This document shows positions 34,987 through 45,067 of a DNA stretch of 64,000 nt, in pieces (position 1 is the first letter of the stretch; each line of letters opens with the position of its first letter). Source of the DNA: an uncultured Planctomycetota bacterium. Its GTDB lineage: Bacteria > Planctomycetota > PLA2 > JAEUHO01. Both the position numbers and the translations under genes were made by a program. The notes below the pieces were generated by a model. It made no database searches and was not told the DNA's origin. It saw only the letters and a program-made list of their open reading frames with translations. The stretch is from assembly GCA_963752285.1 (NCBI GenBank), contig CAVVXN010000005.1:1344001-1408000 (forward strand), in the 5' to 3' direction.

Positions 34987-36393
34987 ATGGCCGAGGACGC
35001 GTTCGATCTCGTGGTGATCGGCTCGGGCCCGGGCGGCTACGTCGCCGCGATCCGCGCCGCGCAGCTGGGGCTCAAGACGTGCGTGATCGAGGAAGACCGG
35101 ATCGGCGGGGTCTGCCTGAACGTCGGCTGCATCCCCTCGAAGAGCCTCATCTACGCGTCGGGCCTCGCCGAGCGGATCCGTCACGGCGATGTGATGGGCC
35201 TCATGGTGGGCGAGCCGAAGCTCGACGGGAAGAAGCTCCAGGCCTGGAAGTCGGGCATCGTGAAGCGGCTGACGACGGGCGTCGGGTTCCTGCTCGACAA
35301 GAACGGCGCCACCGTGGTGCACGGCCACGCCGATTTCACGTCGCCGCACACGCTCGAGGTCCGGGCGTCGGGAGGCGAGACGCGGGAGATCCGCTTCGAG
35401 AAGGCGATCGTGGCGGTGGGCGCCCGCGCGGCGACGCTGCCCTTCCTGCCCGTCGGCAAGCGCGTCATGACGTACCGGGAGGCGCTCGACATCGACTGGG
35501 TGCCCGAGACCTTCACGGTGGTGGGCGGCGGCGTGATCGGGCTCGAGCTGGGCGGCGTGTTCCAGCGCTTCGGCTCGAAGCTGACGGTCGTCGAGCTCAC
35601 CGACTCGCTGCTCCCCGGCACGGACCCCGACCTGGTGAAGGTGCTCGAGCGGGAGATGAAGAAGGAGAAGGCCACGGTCCACCTCTCGACGTCGGCCACC
35701 GGCGTGATCGAGAAGGACGGCCGCCAGGTGCTGACGGCGAAGACGAAGGACGGCAAGATCCTCGAGATCCCCTCCGAGGTGATCCTCGTGGCGGTGGGGT
35801 TCAAGCCGAACACCGACCGTGTGGCCCTGGAGAAGGCGGGCGTCGAGGTGGACGGCCACGGGCACATCCCCGTGGACGCGCACCGCCGCTCGAACGTGCC
35901 GCACATCTACGCGATCGGCGACGTGACGGGCCTCCCGTGGCTCGCCCACAAGGCGAGCAAGGAGGGACTCGTCGCCGCCGAGCACGCGGCCGGCCGGCCC
36001 ACCGCGTACGACGTCCGGGCCATGCCCGCCGCCGTGTACACCCACCCCGAGATCGCGACGGTCGGCCTCCAGGAGCACGAGGCGCGCGCCCGGGGCCTCG
36101 ACATCCGCGTCGGGAAGTTCCCGATGAGCGCGCTCGGCCGCGCGCTCTCGATCTCGGCGCCCGAGGGCTTCGTGAAGATCGTCGCCGACGCGAAGACGGA
36201 CGTCGTGCTCGGGGTCTCGGCCGTGAGCTACCAGGCGTCGGACCTGATCGCCGAGGCGGCCCTGGCGATCGAGATGGGCGCCACGGCGGAGGACATCGCC
36301 CTGACGGTCCACGCCCACCCCACGTGGCCGGAGTCGATGATGGAGGCGGCGGAGGCCGTCCACAAGCAAGCCATCCACATCCTGAACGGCTGA
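34987..36393 (+). CDS. lpdA: Dihydrolipoyl dehydrogenase E3
   Basis: GSGPGGYVAA, GGVCLNVGCIPSK, GGGVIGLE, HAHPTWPE. Confidence 0.96.
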   Translation: MAEDAFDLVVIGSGPGGYVAAIRAAQLGLKTCVIEEDRIGGVCLNVGCIPSKSLIYASGLAERIRHGDVMGLMVGEPKLDGKKLQAWKSGIVKRLTTGVGFLLDKNGATVVHGHADFTSPHTLEVRASGGETREIRFEKAIVAVGARAATLPFLPVGKRVMTYREALDIDWVPETFTVVGGGVIGLELGGVFQRFGSKLTVVELTDSLLPGTDPDLVKVLEREMKKEKATVHLSTSATGVIEKDGRQVLTAKTKDGKILEIPSEVILVAVGFKPNTDRVALEKAGVEVDGHGHIPVDAHRRSNVPHIYAIGDVTGLPWLAHKASKEGLVAAEHAAGRPTAYDVRAMPAAVYTHPEIATVGLQEHEARARGLDIRVGKFPMSALGRALSISAPEGFVKIVADAKTDVVLGVSAVSYQASDLIAEAALAIEMGATAEDIALTVHAHPTWPESMMEAAEAVHKQAIHILNG

Positions 36394-36483
36394 CCGCCGG
36401 GCGCCGCGCCACCGCGTCGCGCGGCGGCCGCCGGCCTCGACGTCCGGGGCGTTGGCGGTACGCTGGCGGGGCGAGGTCGGCTC

Positions 36484-37110
36484 ATGTCCGTCATCCCCCA
36501 CCCCGATGAGACCGCTTTGCCCCGCGCGCCGCTGGACCAGCTGGCGCTCGACGTGGCCGGCGCGCTCCACGAGGACGCCCTCCTCCGACGGGTCGTCGAG
36601 GGCCTGACCCAGGACTTCGGCGCGGCCCTCGCGCGCGTCTGGGTGGTGCGGCCCGGCGCCGACTGCGCACGGTGCGCGGAGGCGGCCGCGTGCGAGGACC
36701 ACGGGTCGTGCCTCCACCTCGCGGCGAGCGCCGGACTCTCCGAACGCCTCGACGGCGAGTACGGAAGGGTCCCCCTGGGCCAGAAGAAGATCGGCGAGAT
36801 CGCCGCCCGGCGCGAGGCCCACTGGACGAACGCTGTCCTCCAGGACCCGCGGGTCGCGCACAAGGACTGGGCGCGCGACAACGACCTCAAGTGCTTCGCG
36901 GGCCATCCCCTCGTCGTGGACGGCCGCCTCCTCGGCGTGCTCGCCACGTTCGGCCGGCAGCGCCTGCCCGTGGACAACTTCCGCCGCCTCGGGTTCCTCG
37001 CGGACCTCCTCGCGATCGCGCTGAGGAATGCGCGCACGCTCGCCGGGAGCGCCGACGCCCGGGCCTCTGCGGAGGGGCACGGGAGAAGCCGAGACGTCAG
37101 GGAGGCGTGA
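36484..37110 (+). CDS. Stand-alone GAF domain protein with Cys-rich insert
   Basis: ARVW...CARCAEAAACEDHGSCLHLAASAG...KIGEIA...FAGHPLVVDGRLLGVLATF. Confidence 0.8.
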   Translation: MSVIPHPDETALPRAPLDQLALDVAGALHEDALLRRVVEGLTQDFGAALARVWVVRPGADCARCAEAAACEDHGSCLHLAASAGLSERLDGEYGRVPLGQKKIGEIAARREAHWTNAVLQDPRVAHKDWARDNDLKCFAGHPLVVDGRLLGVLATFGRQRLPVDNFRRLGFLADLLAIALRNARTLAGSADARASAEGHGRSRDVREA

Positions 37111-38587
37111 AGAGGAACGCCTCGTCGTGCTCGGGGGCGCCGTAAGTCTCGTTCAGGCCCCCGCAGAACAGAACCGCCCCGTCGGGCAGGCGCGTGGCGG
37201 TGTGGAGCGCCATGGGCACGGGGAAGAGCAGTTCCGTCCCGTACGTGCGGCTCCCGGCGATCCCGCCCTCCACGACGAGGTCCGCGGTGTGGAGCGTGAG
37301 GCCCTGCGTGAAGTCCACGCCGCCGACCACGAGGACCTCGCCGCCCCCGATCGCGGTCGCCGTGCCGTACGCGCGCGGGCGGTCGAGCCCGCTCCCCGAG
37401 TTCACGACCACCGCGGACGTGGCATCGACGTGCAGGACCGTCCCGAGGCTGTCGCCGCCCGCGACGCACATCGAGCCGCTCGCGAAGGTCGCCGACATGG
37501 CGCCGAAGCGGGCCTGCGCCGCGGCGGGCGGGGCGAGCGGCCAGAACGTCTCCGTCGTCTGGTCGAACCACTCGGGCCGCTGGTCGAGGTCGCTTCCCCC
37601 GACCAGAACGATCTTCCCGCTCGCGAGACGCTCCATCACGTGCGCGGCGCGCGTGTGCACCATCGGCGCGAGCACCGGCGAGAAGGTCTGGGTCTGGGGA
37701 TCGTAGATCTCGGCGCTGTCGAGGTCGATCACGTGCCCCGCCTCGATCCGGGACCCGCCGGTGATCAGCACGCGGCCGTCGTCGAGCTTGATCGCGGCGT
37801 GGTCTATGCGCTCCGTCCCCATCGGCCCGACCTCCACGAAGGTCGAGGACTGGGGCAGGAAGAGCTCGGCCCGGTCCGTGGTCGCGAGCTGTCCGACGGA
37901 CACCTCGTACTCCCCGCCCGCCAGCAGCACCGTGCCGTCGTCGAGGAGGGTCGCCGTGTGGCCGGCCCGCTCCTGCTTCATGGTGTCGCCGACGAGCGTG
38001 AACGTCTCGGAGAGGTACGTCTCGGCGGTGTCCGTGATCGCGGTCGCCTGCGTGAAGCCGCCGGCGAGCAGGACCCGGCCGTCGAGGAGCAGCGTGGCGG
38101 TGTGCGACCGCCGGCCGACGTTCAAGTGCCCGATCGTGGAGCGGAGCGACGAGGCCGGAGGTAGGTTGACCGGCATGCCGCTGTTGCCGGTCCGGAAGAT
38201 GAAGTCGCGTGTCCCGGAGAGGGCGTGCCCCGCGACCGAGCGGAGCTTCCCCGAGATCTGGCACTGGTGCGACGCGATCGGCGCCATCGTCGCGCCGGGG
38301 GTCCAGAGGAGCGTCGTCCCCACGCCGTCGTCTACGAGGACCGTCGTGCCCGGCACCGCGCCGGCGTCGAGGCTCCCCACCGCGAGCGCGTCCGTCTTGA
38401 CCGTCGCGGGGTCGATCGCCTCGCTCAGGACGACCGAGACGGTGCTGTCCACCGGGACGTTCTGGCTGCCGGCCGCCGGCTGGCTCGAGACCAGGTAAAA
38501 GCTCGTGTCGGTCGAGCCCCCTCCGCCGCCGCCCCCGCCACCGCACCCGAGGAGGAAGAGGAGGAGGGCGGTCGCGGCGGGACGCAT
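37097..38587 (-). CDS. Lipoprotein with Big_5-type Ig domain and Kelch-repeat propeller
   Basis: Lipobox LLGC plus poly-Gly linker; PAAGSQNVPVDSTVSVVLSEAIDPATV; repeated R..HTATLL.DG.VLLAGG. Confidence 0.85.
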   Translation of the reverse strand: MRPAATALLLFLLGCGGGGGGGGGSTDTSFYLVSSQPAAGSQNVPVDSTVSVVLSEAIDPATVKTDALAVGSLDAGAVPGTTVLVDDGVGTTLLWTPGATMAPIASHQCQISGKLRSVAGHALSGTRDFIFRTGNSGMPVNLPPASSLRSTIGHLNVGRRSHTATLLLDGRVLLAGGFTQATAITDTAETYLSETFTLVGDTMKQERAGHTATLLDDGTVLLAGGEYEVSVGQLATTDRAELFLPQSSTFVEVGPMGTERIDHAAIKLDDGRVLITGGSRIEAGHVIDLDSAEIYDPQTQTFSPVLAPMVHTRAAHVMERLASGKIVLVGGSDLDQRPEWFDQTTETFWPLAPPAAAQARFGAMSATFASGSMCVAGGDSLGTVLHVDATSAVVVNSGSGLDRPRAYGTATAIGGGEVLVVGGVDFTQGLTLHTADLVVEGGIAGSRTYGTELLFPVPMALHTATRLPDGAVLFCGGLNETYGAPEHDEAFLFTPP

Positions 38588-38805
38588 CGCCCTCATGAAG
38601 CCGCAAACGACGGTCCCGTGCGAGGGGGCGTACTTCGGGGTCGGCGGGCCGAAGACGTGCGCGCGCGCACGCGCCCGGGCGGGGACCGTGCGCTTCCCCT
38701 CCCGGGCCCCCGCGCCGGGAGCGGGCCGGGCCTCGGACCTTCGACCCGGGACGGTCCGGGGGCGCGGTCGCCCCGGTCGGGTCCGCGTCGCGCGCACGGC
38801 GCGAT

Positions 38806-39351
38806 TCACGTCGTCTCCAGGTCGCGCGGGCGAACGAGGAGGACGAGACCACCGGCGCCCGGCGCGAGGTCGGGCCACCCGACAGGGACCCGGAGCCGCG
38901 CGAGCGCACAGGTGGTGATGAGCTTCCCGTCGTCCGTCCGGAGCGGGTCGTCCCGGGAGAGCCAGAGGAGCAAGTCGTCGAGCCCCGGGTTGTGGCCCAC
39001 CAACAGCACGCGGTGCGCGGTCCGGGGCTGGTCGCGGAGCACCTCCACGAGATCCGAGAGGGAGGCCTCGTAGACGCGGTCGTCGAGCCGGACCTCCGGG
39101 CCGTCCGGCCCGAGCGCGGCGAGGACGAGGTCGGCGGTCTCCCGGGCCCGTCGGGCCGGCGAGGCGACCACGCGGTCGGGGCGGATCCCCTGGGCCGCCA
39201 TCCAGGCGCCGAGGCGGGGCGCGGCCTCGCGCCCCCGCCGGGCCAGCGGGCGGTCGAAGTCGTCCCCCGCGCCCGCGTGGCTCGACTTCGCGTGCCGCAG
39301 GAGGAGGAGCTCCTGCTCCGTGCCGACCGGCCCTCTGTGCGCGCCGCCCAT
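38806..39351 (-). CDS. sixA: Phosphohistidine phosphatase SixA family
   Basis: LLRHAKS, DFDRPL..RG, SPARRARET, LLVGHNPG. Confidence 0.85.
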   Translation of the reverse strand: MGGAHRGPVGTEQELLLLRHAKSSHAGAGDDFDRPLARRGREAAPRLGAWMAAQGIRPDRVVASPARRARETADLVLAALGPDGPEVRLDDRVYEASLSDLVEVLRDQPRTAHRVLLVGHNPGLDDLLLWLSRDDPLRTDDGKLITTCALARLRVPVGWPDLAPGAGGLVLLVRPRDLETT

Positions 39352-39436
39352 CGTCGTGACCTCCCGCGGGGAGGAAGGATCGTATCCGGGCGAGCCCGCG
39401 GGCGCGCGGCCGCTCGGCCGCGGCTACCTTTCCCGC

Positions 39437-40369
39437 ATGGTGGAGGACGAGCGCCCCGGTGGCCTCGCGGTCGAGGCGCGGGGCGTGACGAAGCGCTACG
39501 ACGGCGTGGCCGCCGTCCAGGGGATCGACTTCGACGTCGGGCTCGGGGAATGCGTCGGCTTCCTCGGACCGAACGGCGCGGGCAAGACGACGACGGTGCG
39601 CATGGTCTCGTGCTTCACGCCGGTCGGCGAGGGCACGATCCGTGTCTTCGGCCTCGACGTGGCGGAGCACCCCCGCGAGGTGAAGCGCCAGATCGGCGTC
39701 TGCCCGCAGGAGGACAACCTCGACACCGACCTCGGCGTCGAGCGAAACCTGCTCGTGTACGCGCGATACTTCGACATCCCGCCGGCCGAGGCGAAGGCGC
39801 GGACGACGGAGCTGCTCCGCCTGCTCCAGCTCGAAGAGAAGCGGCGCGCGCGCATCATGGAGCTGTCGGGCGGCATGAAGCGGCGGCTGGTCCTGGCCCG
39901 CGCGCTGCTGAACCGTCCGAGGCTCCTCGTGCTCGACGAGCCGACCACCGGGCTCGACCCGCAGGCCCGCCACCTCATCTGGAACCGCGTGGAGGCGCTC
40001 AAGGCGGAGGGCACGGCGATCCTGCTCACCACCCACTACATGGAGGAGGCGGAGAAGCTCTGCGACCGCGTGATCCTCATGGACCGCGGCCGGGTCCTCC
40101 TCGAGGGGGAGCCGCCCCGACTGGTCGAGCGCGAGGTGGGCCGGGAGGTGCTCGAGGTCTGGAACCACGAGGAGGCCCTCGTCCGGTTCGTCGAGGAGCA
40201 GGGCTGGGAGCACGAGTCGTACGACCGGCACCTGTACGTGTACCTCCCGGCGGGAACGGACGCGGTGAAGGCCGTAGACGACCGATTCCCCCACCAGGAA
40301 CACCGGCTCCGCCTCGCCACGCTCGAAGACGTCTTCCTCCGCCGCGCCGGCCGCGCGCTCCAGGACTGA
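39437..40369 (+). CDS. ABC-2 transporter ATP-binding protein (NodI-like)
   Basis: GPNGAGKTT, LSGGMKRRL, LDEPTTGLDPQAR, TTHYMEEAE. Confidence 0.92.
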   Translation: MVEDERPGGLAVEARGVTKRYDGVAAVQGIDFDVGLGECVGFLGPNGAGKTTTVRMVSCFTPVGEGTIRVFGLDVAEHPREVKRQIGVCPQEDNLDTDLGVERNLLVYARYFDIPPAEAKARTTELLRLLQLEEKRRARIMELSGGMKRRLVLARALLNRPRLLVLDEPTTGLDPQARHLIWNRVEALKAEGTAILLTTHYMEEAEKLCDRVILMDRGRVLLEGEPPRLVEREVGREVLEVWNHEEALVRFVEEQGWEHESYDRHLYVYLPAGTDAVKAVDDRFPHQEHRLRLATLEDVFLRRAGRALQD

Positions 40370-40374
40370 GATTC

Positions 40375-41205
40375 GTGGCCCGGGCGTCCGTCCCCCCCCA
40401 GGAGCCGCCCGCCGCGCGCACGCGGCTCCTCGCGAACGTCTCGCGCCTCGCGTGGAAGGTGTGGCGCCGCGACCTCGACGTGTACCTCGCGACCTGGAAG
40501 ACGAACCTCCTGCCGCCGCTCCTCGAGCCGCTCCTCTACGTGCTCGCGTTCGGCTTTGGGCTCGGCTCGTTGATCGGGAAGCTCCACTACCAGGGCCGCG
40601 AGATCGGGTACCTGCGCTTCATGGCGCCGGGCGTGGTGGCGGTCGCGATCATGTTCTGGGCGTACTTCGAGAACACCTACGCGTCGTTCGTCCGCATGTA
40701 CTACCAGAAGACGTTCGACGCCCTCCTCGCGACCCCGCTCCTCGTCGAGGACGTGATCGTCGGCGAGGCGCTCTGGGGGGCGACGAAGAGCGTGCTCGCC
40801 GCCACGATCATGCTCGGCGTCCTGTCGGCCCTCGGCCTCGCGGCGTCGCCGACCGCGCTGCTGGTGCCGCTCGTCGCGGTCGCGGGCGGCCTGCTGTTCG
40901 CGTCCCTCGGCCTGATCACCACGGCGATCTCGCCGACGATCGACACGTTCAACCTGCCCGTCTTCGTACTGGTCTTCCCGATGTTCATGTTCAGCGGCAC
41001 GTTCTTCCCGCTCGACGTCCTGCCGCCGTGGGCGGCGGGCATCGCGTGGGCGCTGCCCCTGACGCACGTGGCCCTCCTCGTCCGAGGCGCGTTCCTCGGC
41101 TGGTTCCCGTCCTCCTGGCCGTGGAGCGTGCTCTACCTCGCCGTCGTCGTGCCCCTCGTCTTCCGGATCGCGCTCGGCGCGATGAAGCGCCGCCTGGGCG
41201 CGTGA
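40375..41205 (+). CDS. ABC-2 transporter permease (NodJ-like)
   Basis: EPLLYVLAFGFGLG, YLRFMAPG, FSGTFFP, LPLTH; six-TM pattern. Confidence 0.9.
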   Translation: MARASVPPQEPPAARTRLLANVSRLAWKVWRRDLDVYLATWKTNLLPPLLEPLLYVLAFGFGLGSLIGKLHYQGREIGYLRFMAPGVVAVAIMFWAYFENTYASFVRMYYQKTFDALLATPLLVEDVIVGEALWGATKSVLAATIMLGVLSALGLAASPTALLVPLVAVAGGLLFASLGLITTAISPTIDTFNLPVFVLVFPMFMFSGTFFPLDVLPPWAAGIAWALPLTHVALLVRGAFLGWFPSSWPWSVLYLAVVVPLVFRIALGAMKRRLGA

Positions 41206-41253
41206 GAACGCCGTCGCCGCGGCGGCGGTTCGGGCGAGGAGGCGCGCCGGCGG

Positions 41254-42891
41254 TCAGAAGCCGGCGGCCTGCCCGTCGAGACGCGACTCGGAGGCGCCGG
41301 CGAGGACGTCCCGTTCGGGGTCGTACCCGACGGCCTGGTAGCCGCCGAAGCCGCCCCACTGCGTGCTCAGGCGGTGCCCGCGGCTCCGGAGGTCCTCGCG
41401 CGTCCCTGCGGTGAAACCCGACTCGAGCGCGAGCGTCCCGCCGCCCTGCATGCGGGCGCCGGTGGGAGACGACGAGCCCGAGTGGCACGCGCGCGGGGCG
41501 TCGCCCGCCTCCTGGAGGTCCATGCCGTAGACGAGGTGGTTCAGGAGCACCTGCACGAGCCCCTGGGGCTGCATGTCGCCCCCCATCACGCCGAGCGCCG
41601 CGAGGGGACGGCCGTCGCGGGTGAGGAAGGCCGGCACCAGCGTGTGGAAGGGGCGCTTCCCCGGCTCGTACACGTTCGGGTGCCCGTCCTCGAGCGCGAA
41701 CAGACAGCCTCGGTTCTGGAGACCGAACCCCAGCTCGGGGATCGACACCCCGGAGCCGAAGCCCATGTAGTTGCTCTGCATGAGCGAAACGAAGAGACGG
41801 CGCGAGTCCGCGACGGCGAGGCTCACCGTGTCCCCCTGGGCGAGGCGGGGATCGCCCGCCGACACCTCGGTCAGGGCGCGCGCCGCGCCGAGGAGCCCGC
41901 GGCGCTCGTCCGCGTACCTTCGCGAGAGGAGGTGGTCCACCGGCACCTCGACCCGGGCCGGGTCCGCGTAGTGGCGTGCCCGGTCCTCGTAGCTGATCTT
42001 CTTCGCCTCGACGACGTGGTGCAGGTGGTCCCCGGACCCGAAGCCCATCCCCTCGAGGTCGAACGGCTCGAGCAGGTTCAGCATCTGCAGCGCGGCGAGC
42101 CCGGCGCCGTTCGGAGGGGGAACGTGGACCTCGGCGCCGCGGAACCCCACGCGGATCGGCTCCACCCACTCCCCGCGGTGCGACGCGAGGTCCTCGACGT
42201 CGAGCAGCCCGCCCACGCGGCGACACGCGGCCTCGATCGCGGCCGCCGCGGCGCCCGCGTAGAACGCGTCGCGACCCTCGTCGGCCAGGCGCTCGAGCGT
42301 GCGCGCCAACGACTCGTTCCGGAACACGTCGCCCTTCGCGGGCGCGCGCCCGTGCGGAAGGAACGTCGCCCGAAACCCCACGGCGTCGCCGAGGACCCGG
42401 GCGCCGCGCTCCCAGGACGCCGCGATCGTCGCGGAGACCGGGAAGCCCTCGCGCGCGTGCTGGATCGCTGGCGCGAGCACGCGTGACATCGGCAGCCGGC
42501 CGTATCGTTCGTGGAGCAGGAACCAGGCGTCGACGCAGCCGGGCGTCGAGACGGAGAGCGGCCCGCGCTCGGGAATCCGCTCACCGAGGGACCTCAAGTG
42601 CTCGAGGCGGAGGCGCCGCGGCGACCGGCCGGCGCCGTTCAAGGCCACGAGGCGTCCGAGGTCGGGGTCCCACACGAGGGCGAAGAGGTCGCCCCCGAGC
42701 CCGCAACCCGTGGGCTCCACGACGGTCAGCGTGGCGTTGGCGGCGATCGCGGCGTCCACCGCCGACCCGCCCTGCCCGAGGATGCGCAGCGCGGCCTCGG
42801 TGGCGAGCGGCTGGCTCGTGGCGGCCATCGCGTTCTTGGCCCGGACCTCGCTCCGGGACGCGAAGACCCAGCCGACGAGCCGATCCCCCAT
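41254..42891 (-). CDS. ggt: Gamma-glutamyltransferase family protein
   Basis: SQPLA, GGSAVDAAIA, GLGGDLF, catalytic GDTV, QSNYMGFGSG, KRPFHT, MGGDMQPQG. Confidence 0.92.
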   Translation of the reverse strand: MGDRLVGWVFASRSEVRAKNAMAATSQPLATEAALRILGQGGSAVDAAIAANATLTVVEPTGCGLGGDLFALVWDPDLGRLVALNGAGRSPRRLRLEHLRSLGERIPERGPLSVSTPGCVDAWFLLHERYGRLPMSRVLAPAIQHAREGFPVSATIAASWERGARVLGDAVGFRATFLPHGRAPAKGDVFRNESLARTLERLADEGRDAFYAGAAAAAIEAACRRVGGLLDVEDLASHRGEWVEPIRVGFRGAEVHVPPPNGAGLAALQMLNLLEPFDLEGMGFGSGDHLHHVVEAKKISYEDRARHYADPARVEVPVDHLLSRRYADERRGLLGAARALTEVSAGDPRLAQGDTVSLAVADSRRLFVSLMQSNYMGFGSGVSIPELGFGLQNRGCLFALEDGHPNVYEPGKRPFHTLVPAFLTRDGRPLAALGVMGGDMQPQGLVQVLLNHLVYGMDLQEAGDAPRACHSGSSSPTGARMQGGGTLALESGFTAGTREDLRSRGHRLSTQWGGFGGYQAVGYDPERDVLAGASESRLDGQAAGF

Positions 42892-43081
42892 GTCTCGTTC
42901 CCCCGCGGGAGCCGATGGCCCACCTACCCGAGCCGACCGGGGGACGAAGCGAGGGGGCGCTCCGCCCGCCGACGACATGCCGATGCTACCCCCAAGCGAG
43001 AACGGTGCCCCTCGGGGCACGTGGGGCTCGGCGTCGAGAATCGTCGACGCGAACTCGGACCGCGTTCGTCCTCGATCGCGC

Positions 43082-43825
43082 TCAAGCCGGCGTTCGAAAC
43101 ACCCAGATCGCGAAGCCCACGCAGTCCTTCCCCCAGCGGAGATAGGCGTGTCGGCTCGGCTCCGCCCGCCTCCGGACCGCGTCGACATCGGGGTGATCCG
43201 CGTGCTCGCGGAGGAAGTGGTCCATCGACGCCGCCTGCAGCATCTCGTAGCGGTCCCAGTCGGCCGACGTGGAGCGGCGCATCCACACGAGGGTGAGGCC
43301 GCGCGCGCGCGCGCCGTCCGCGTACCCCTCGAAGGACGGGAACTCGTCGCACCGGAGCCGCTCGGAGGCGAGGTACGGGGCCGGTGGCTCCCCGATCCAG
43401 AACGGCTCGCCCGTCACCACGAGCCCTCCGGGTCGCGCGTGCGCGCAAAGCGCGTCGAGCGTGCCCGCCCACCCGTCCCAGATCCACGAGGCGCCGATGC
43501 AGATCGCCACGTCGAAGGGGCGCGGCGCGACGTACGACTCGCCGCGCGCGAGCACGAGCTCGAGGTCGCGGTCGGGACAGCGCGCGTCCCGCGCGGACTC
43601 GGCCCGCCCCAGGGCGTAGGGCGAGACGTCGACGCCCACCCCGGCGACGTCGAAGCGCTCCACGAGGCGGAGGAGGAGCTCCGCGTGGCCGCACGCGATG
43701 TCGAGGACGCGCGCGCCGGCGCGGGGCGCGAGGACCGAGAGGAGCTCCTCGACCGCCTCGTCGGACACCGGGTTGCAGAACGCGTGGAGCCGGTGCACCA
43801 CGTCGTAGTAGAACCAGTCGTCCAT
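43082..43825 (-). CDS. Class I SAM-dependent methyltransferase
   Basis: VLDIACGHAE, GVDVS, FDVAICIGA, GGLVVTGEPFW. Confidence 0.88.
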   Translation of the reverse strand: MDDWFYYDVVHRLHAFCNPVSDEAVEELLSVLAPRAGARVLDIACGHAELLLRLVERFDVAGVGVDVSPYALGRAESARDARCPDRDLELVLARGESYVAPRPFDVAICIGASWIWDGWAGTLDALCAHARPGGLVVTGEPFWIGEPPAPYLASERLRCDEFPSFEGYADGARARGLTLVWMRRSTSADWDRYEMLQAASMDHFLREHADHPDVDAVRRRAEPSRHAYLRWGKDCVGFAIWVFRTPA

Positions 43826-43913
43826 CGCGCGCTCCTCGCACCGACCCGCGGCACGGATTCTCGCCAGCCCGGGAGGGCCGATTGGCGGCCCGTCGATGGG
43901 AAACGGAGGGTCC

Positions 43914-45056
43914 ATGTCCCGCCTCGCGCGCCGCATCGGCTTCGCCTGCCTCGCCGTCCTGCTCCTCGGCTCGGTCCTCCGCGCGGACGATGAGCCCGCT
44001 CCGACCGCCGCCCGCGCACCGCTCGGTCCCTCGTGGCGCGAGCTCGGCGTGTCCGCGTACGAGCGCGGCGACCACGACGAGGCGGTCTACCAGTGGCGGC
44101 GTTGGCTCGAGGCCGACCCGAGGGACGAGACGACCTGGTACGACCTCGCGTGCTCGTACGCGCTGCTCGGCAGGACGGAGCTCGCGATCGCCGCGTACGA
44201 GCGTGCGGTCGATGCGGGGTGGCACGACGCGGCGCACGCGAAGGAGGACCCGGACCTCGCGTCCCTCCAGTCCGACGCGCGCTTCCAGACGGCGCTCCGG
44301 CGGACGACCGAGTCCGCGGGGGCGGAGGGCCCGAAGGAGGCGGTCCGGCACTGGGTGCGCATCGTCACCTTGGGCACGTACCTCGCGCTGCTCCCTCCCG
44401 ACTACGAGAAGTCGGGTCGCGCGTACCCGCTGGTCGTGATCCTCCACGGCGCCGGCTCCTCGGAGACGGGACACGGCACGCTCGCGGACCGGCTCGGTCG
44501 GGAGGGCGTGATCTGGGTCGTCCCGCGCGCGCCGTACCCGACGTTCCAGACGGCCCGCGCGACGGGCCGGCCCGGCTGGATCTCGCGGCCCGAGGACGCG
44601 GACCCGGACGCGATCCGGCCCTTCGACCCGACCGCCATGTACGTGGACACGATCCTCGCGGCGGTCGCGGACGCCCGGAAACGCTACCGCGTGGAGGGCG
44701 AACGCTTCCACGTGCTCGGGCACAGCATGGGCGCGTACGGCGCGAACATCCTGGCGGCGCTCCACCCCGACCTCGTCGCGACGTACCTCGCGTACGCGGG
44801 GGGCCTGCCCGAGGAGGTCGGGACGAAGGAGCGCCTCCACGCGGAGGCCCAGAACCACGTCCGCGCCTGGCTCGTGCACGGGCGGAGCGACAAGACCGTC
44901 GATCCCGCCGGGTCCGAGGACGCCGCGCGGCGCCTCGAGGCGGCGGGCGTCGAGACGCACCTCACGATGCTCGACGACGTGGACCACCGCGTGCGGCCGC
45001 CCGCGCTGGAGGCGATGCGCCGGTGGCTCGACGAGGCCGTGCGGAATCCGAAGTGA
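43914..45056 (+). CDS. Secreted TPR + alpha/beta hydrolase (esterase-like)
   Basis: Signal peptide; YDLACSYALLG TPR; YPLVVILHG, GHSMG, VHGRSDKTV and terminal His of a catalytic triad. Confidence 0.85.
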   Translation: MSRLARRIGFACLAVLLLGSVLRADDEPAPTAARAPLGPSWRELGVSAYERGDHDEAVYQWRRWLEADPRDETTWYDLACSYALLGRTELAIAAYERAVDAGWHDAAHAKEDPDLASLQSDARFQTALRRTTESAGAEGPKEAVRHWVRIVTLGTYLALLPPDYEKSGRAYPLVVILHGAGSSETGHGTLADRLGREGVIWVVPRAPYPTFQTARATGRPGWISRPEDADPDAIRPFDPTAMYVDTILAAVADARKRYRVEGERFHVLGHSMGAYGANILAALHPDLVATYLAYAGGLPEEVGTKERLHAEAQNHVRAWLVHGRSDKTVDPAGSEDAARRLEAAGVETHLTMLDDVDHRVRPPALEAMRRWLDEAVRNPK

Positions 45057-45067
45057 GCGCGGGAGAC

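Noticed and set aside
38519..38545. Poly-Gly-encoding GC run
   Set aside because: Ordinary flexible linker after a lipoprotein Cys, with mixed codons.
39437..41205. NodI/NodJ similarity implying nodulation
   Set aside because: Generic ABC-2 exporter family; no nodABC genes.
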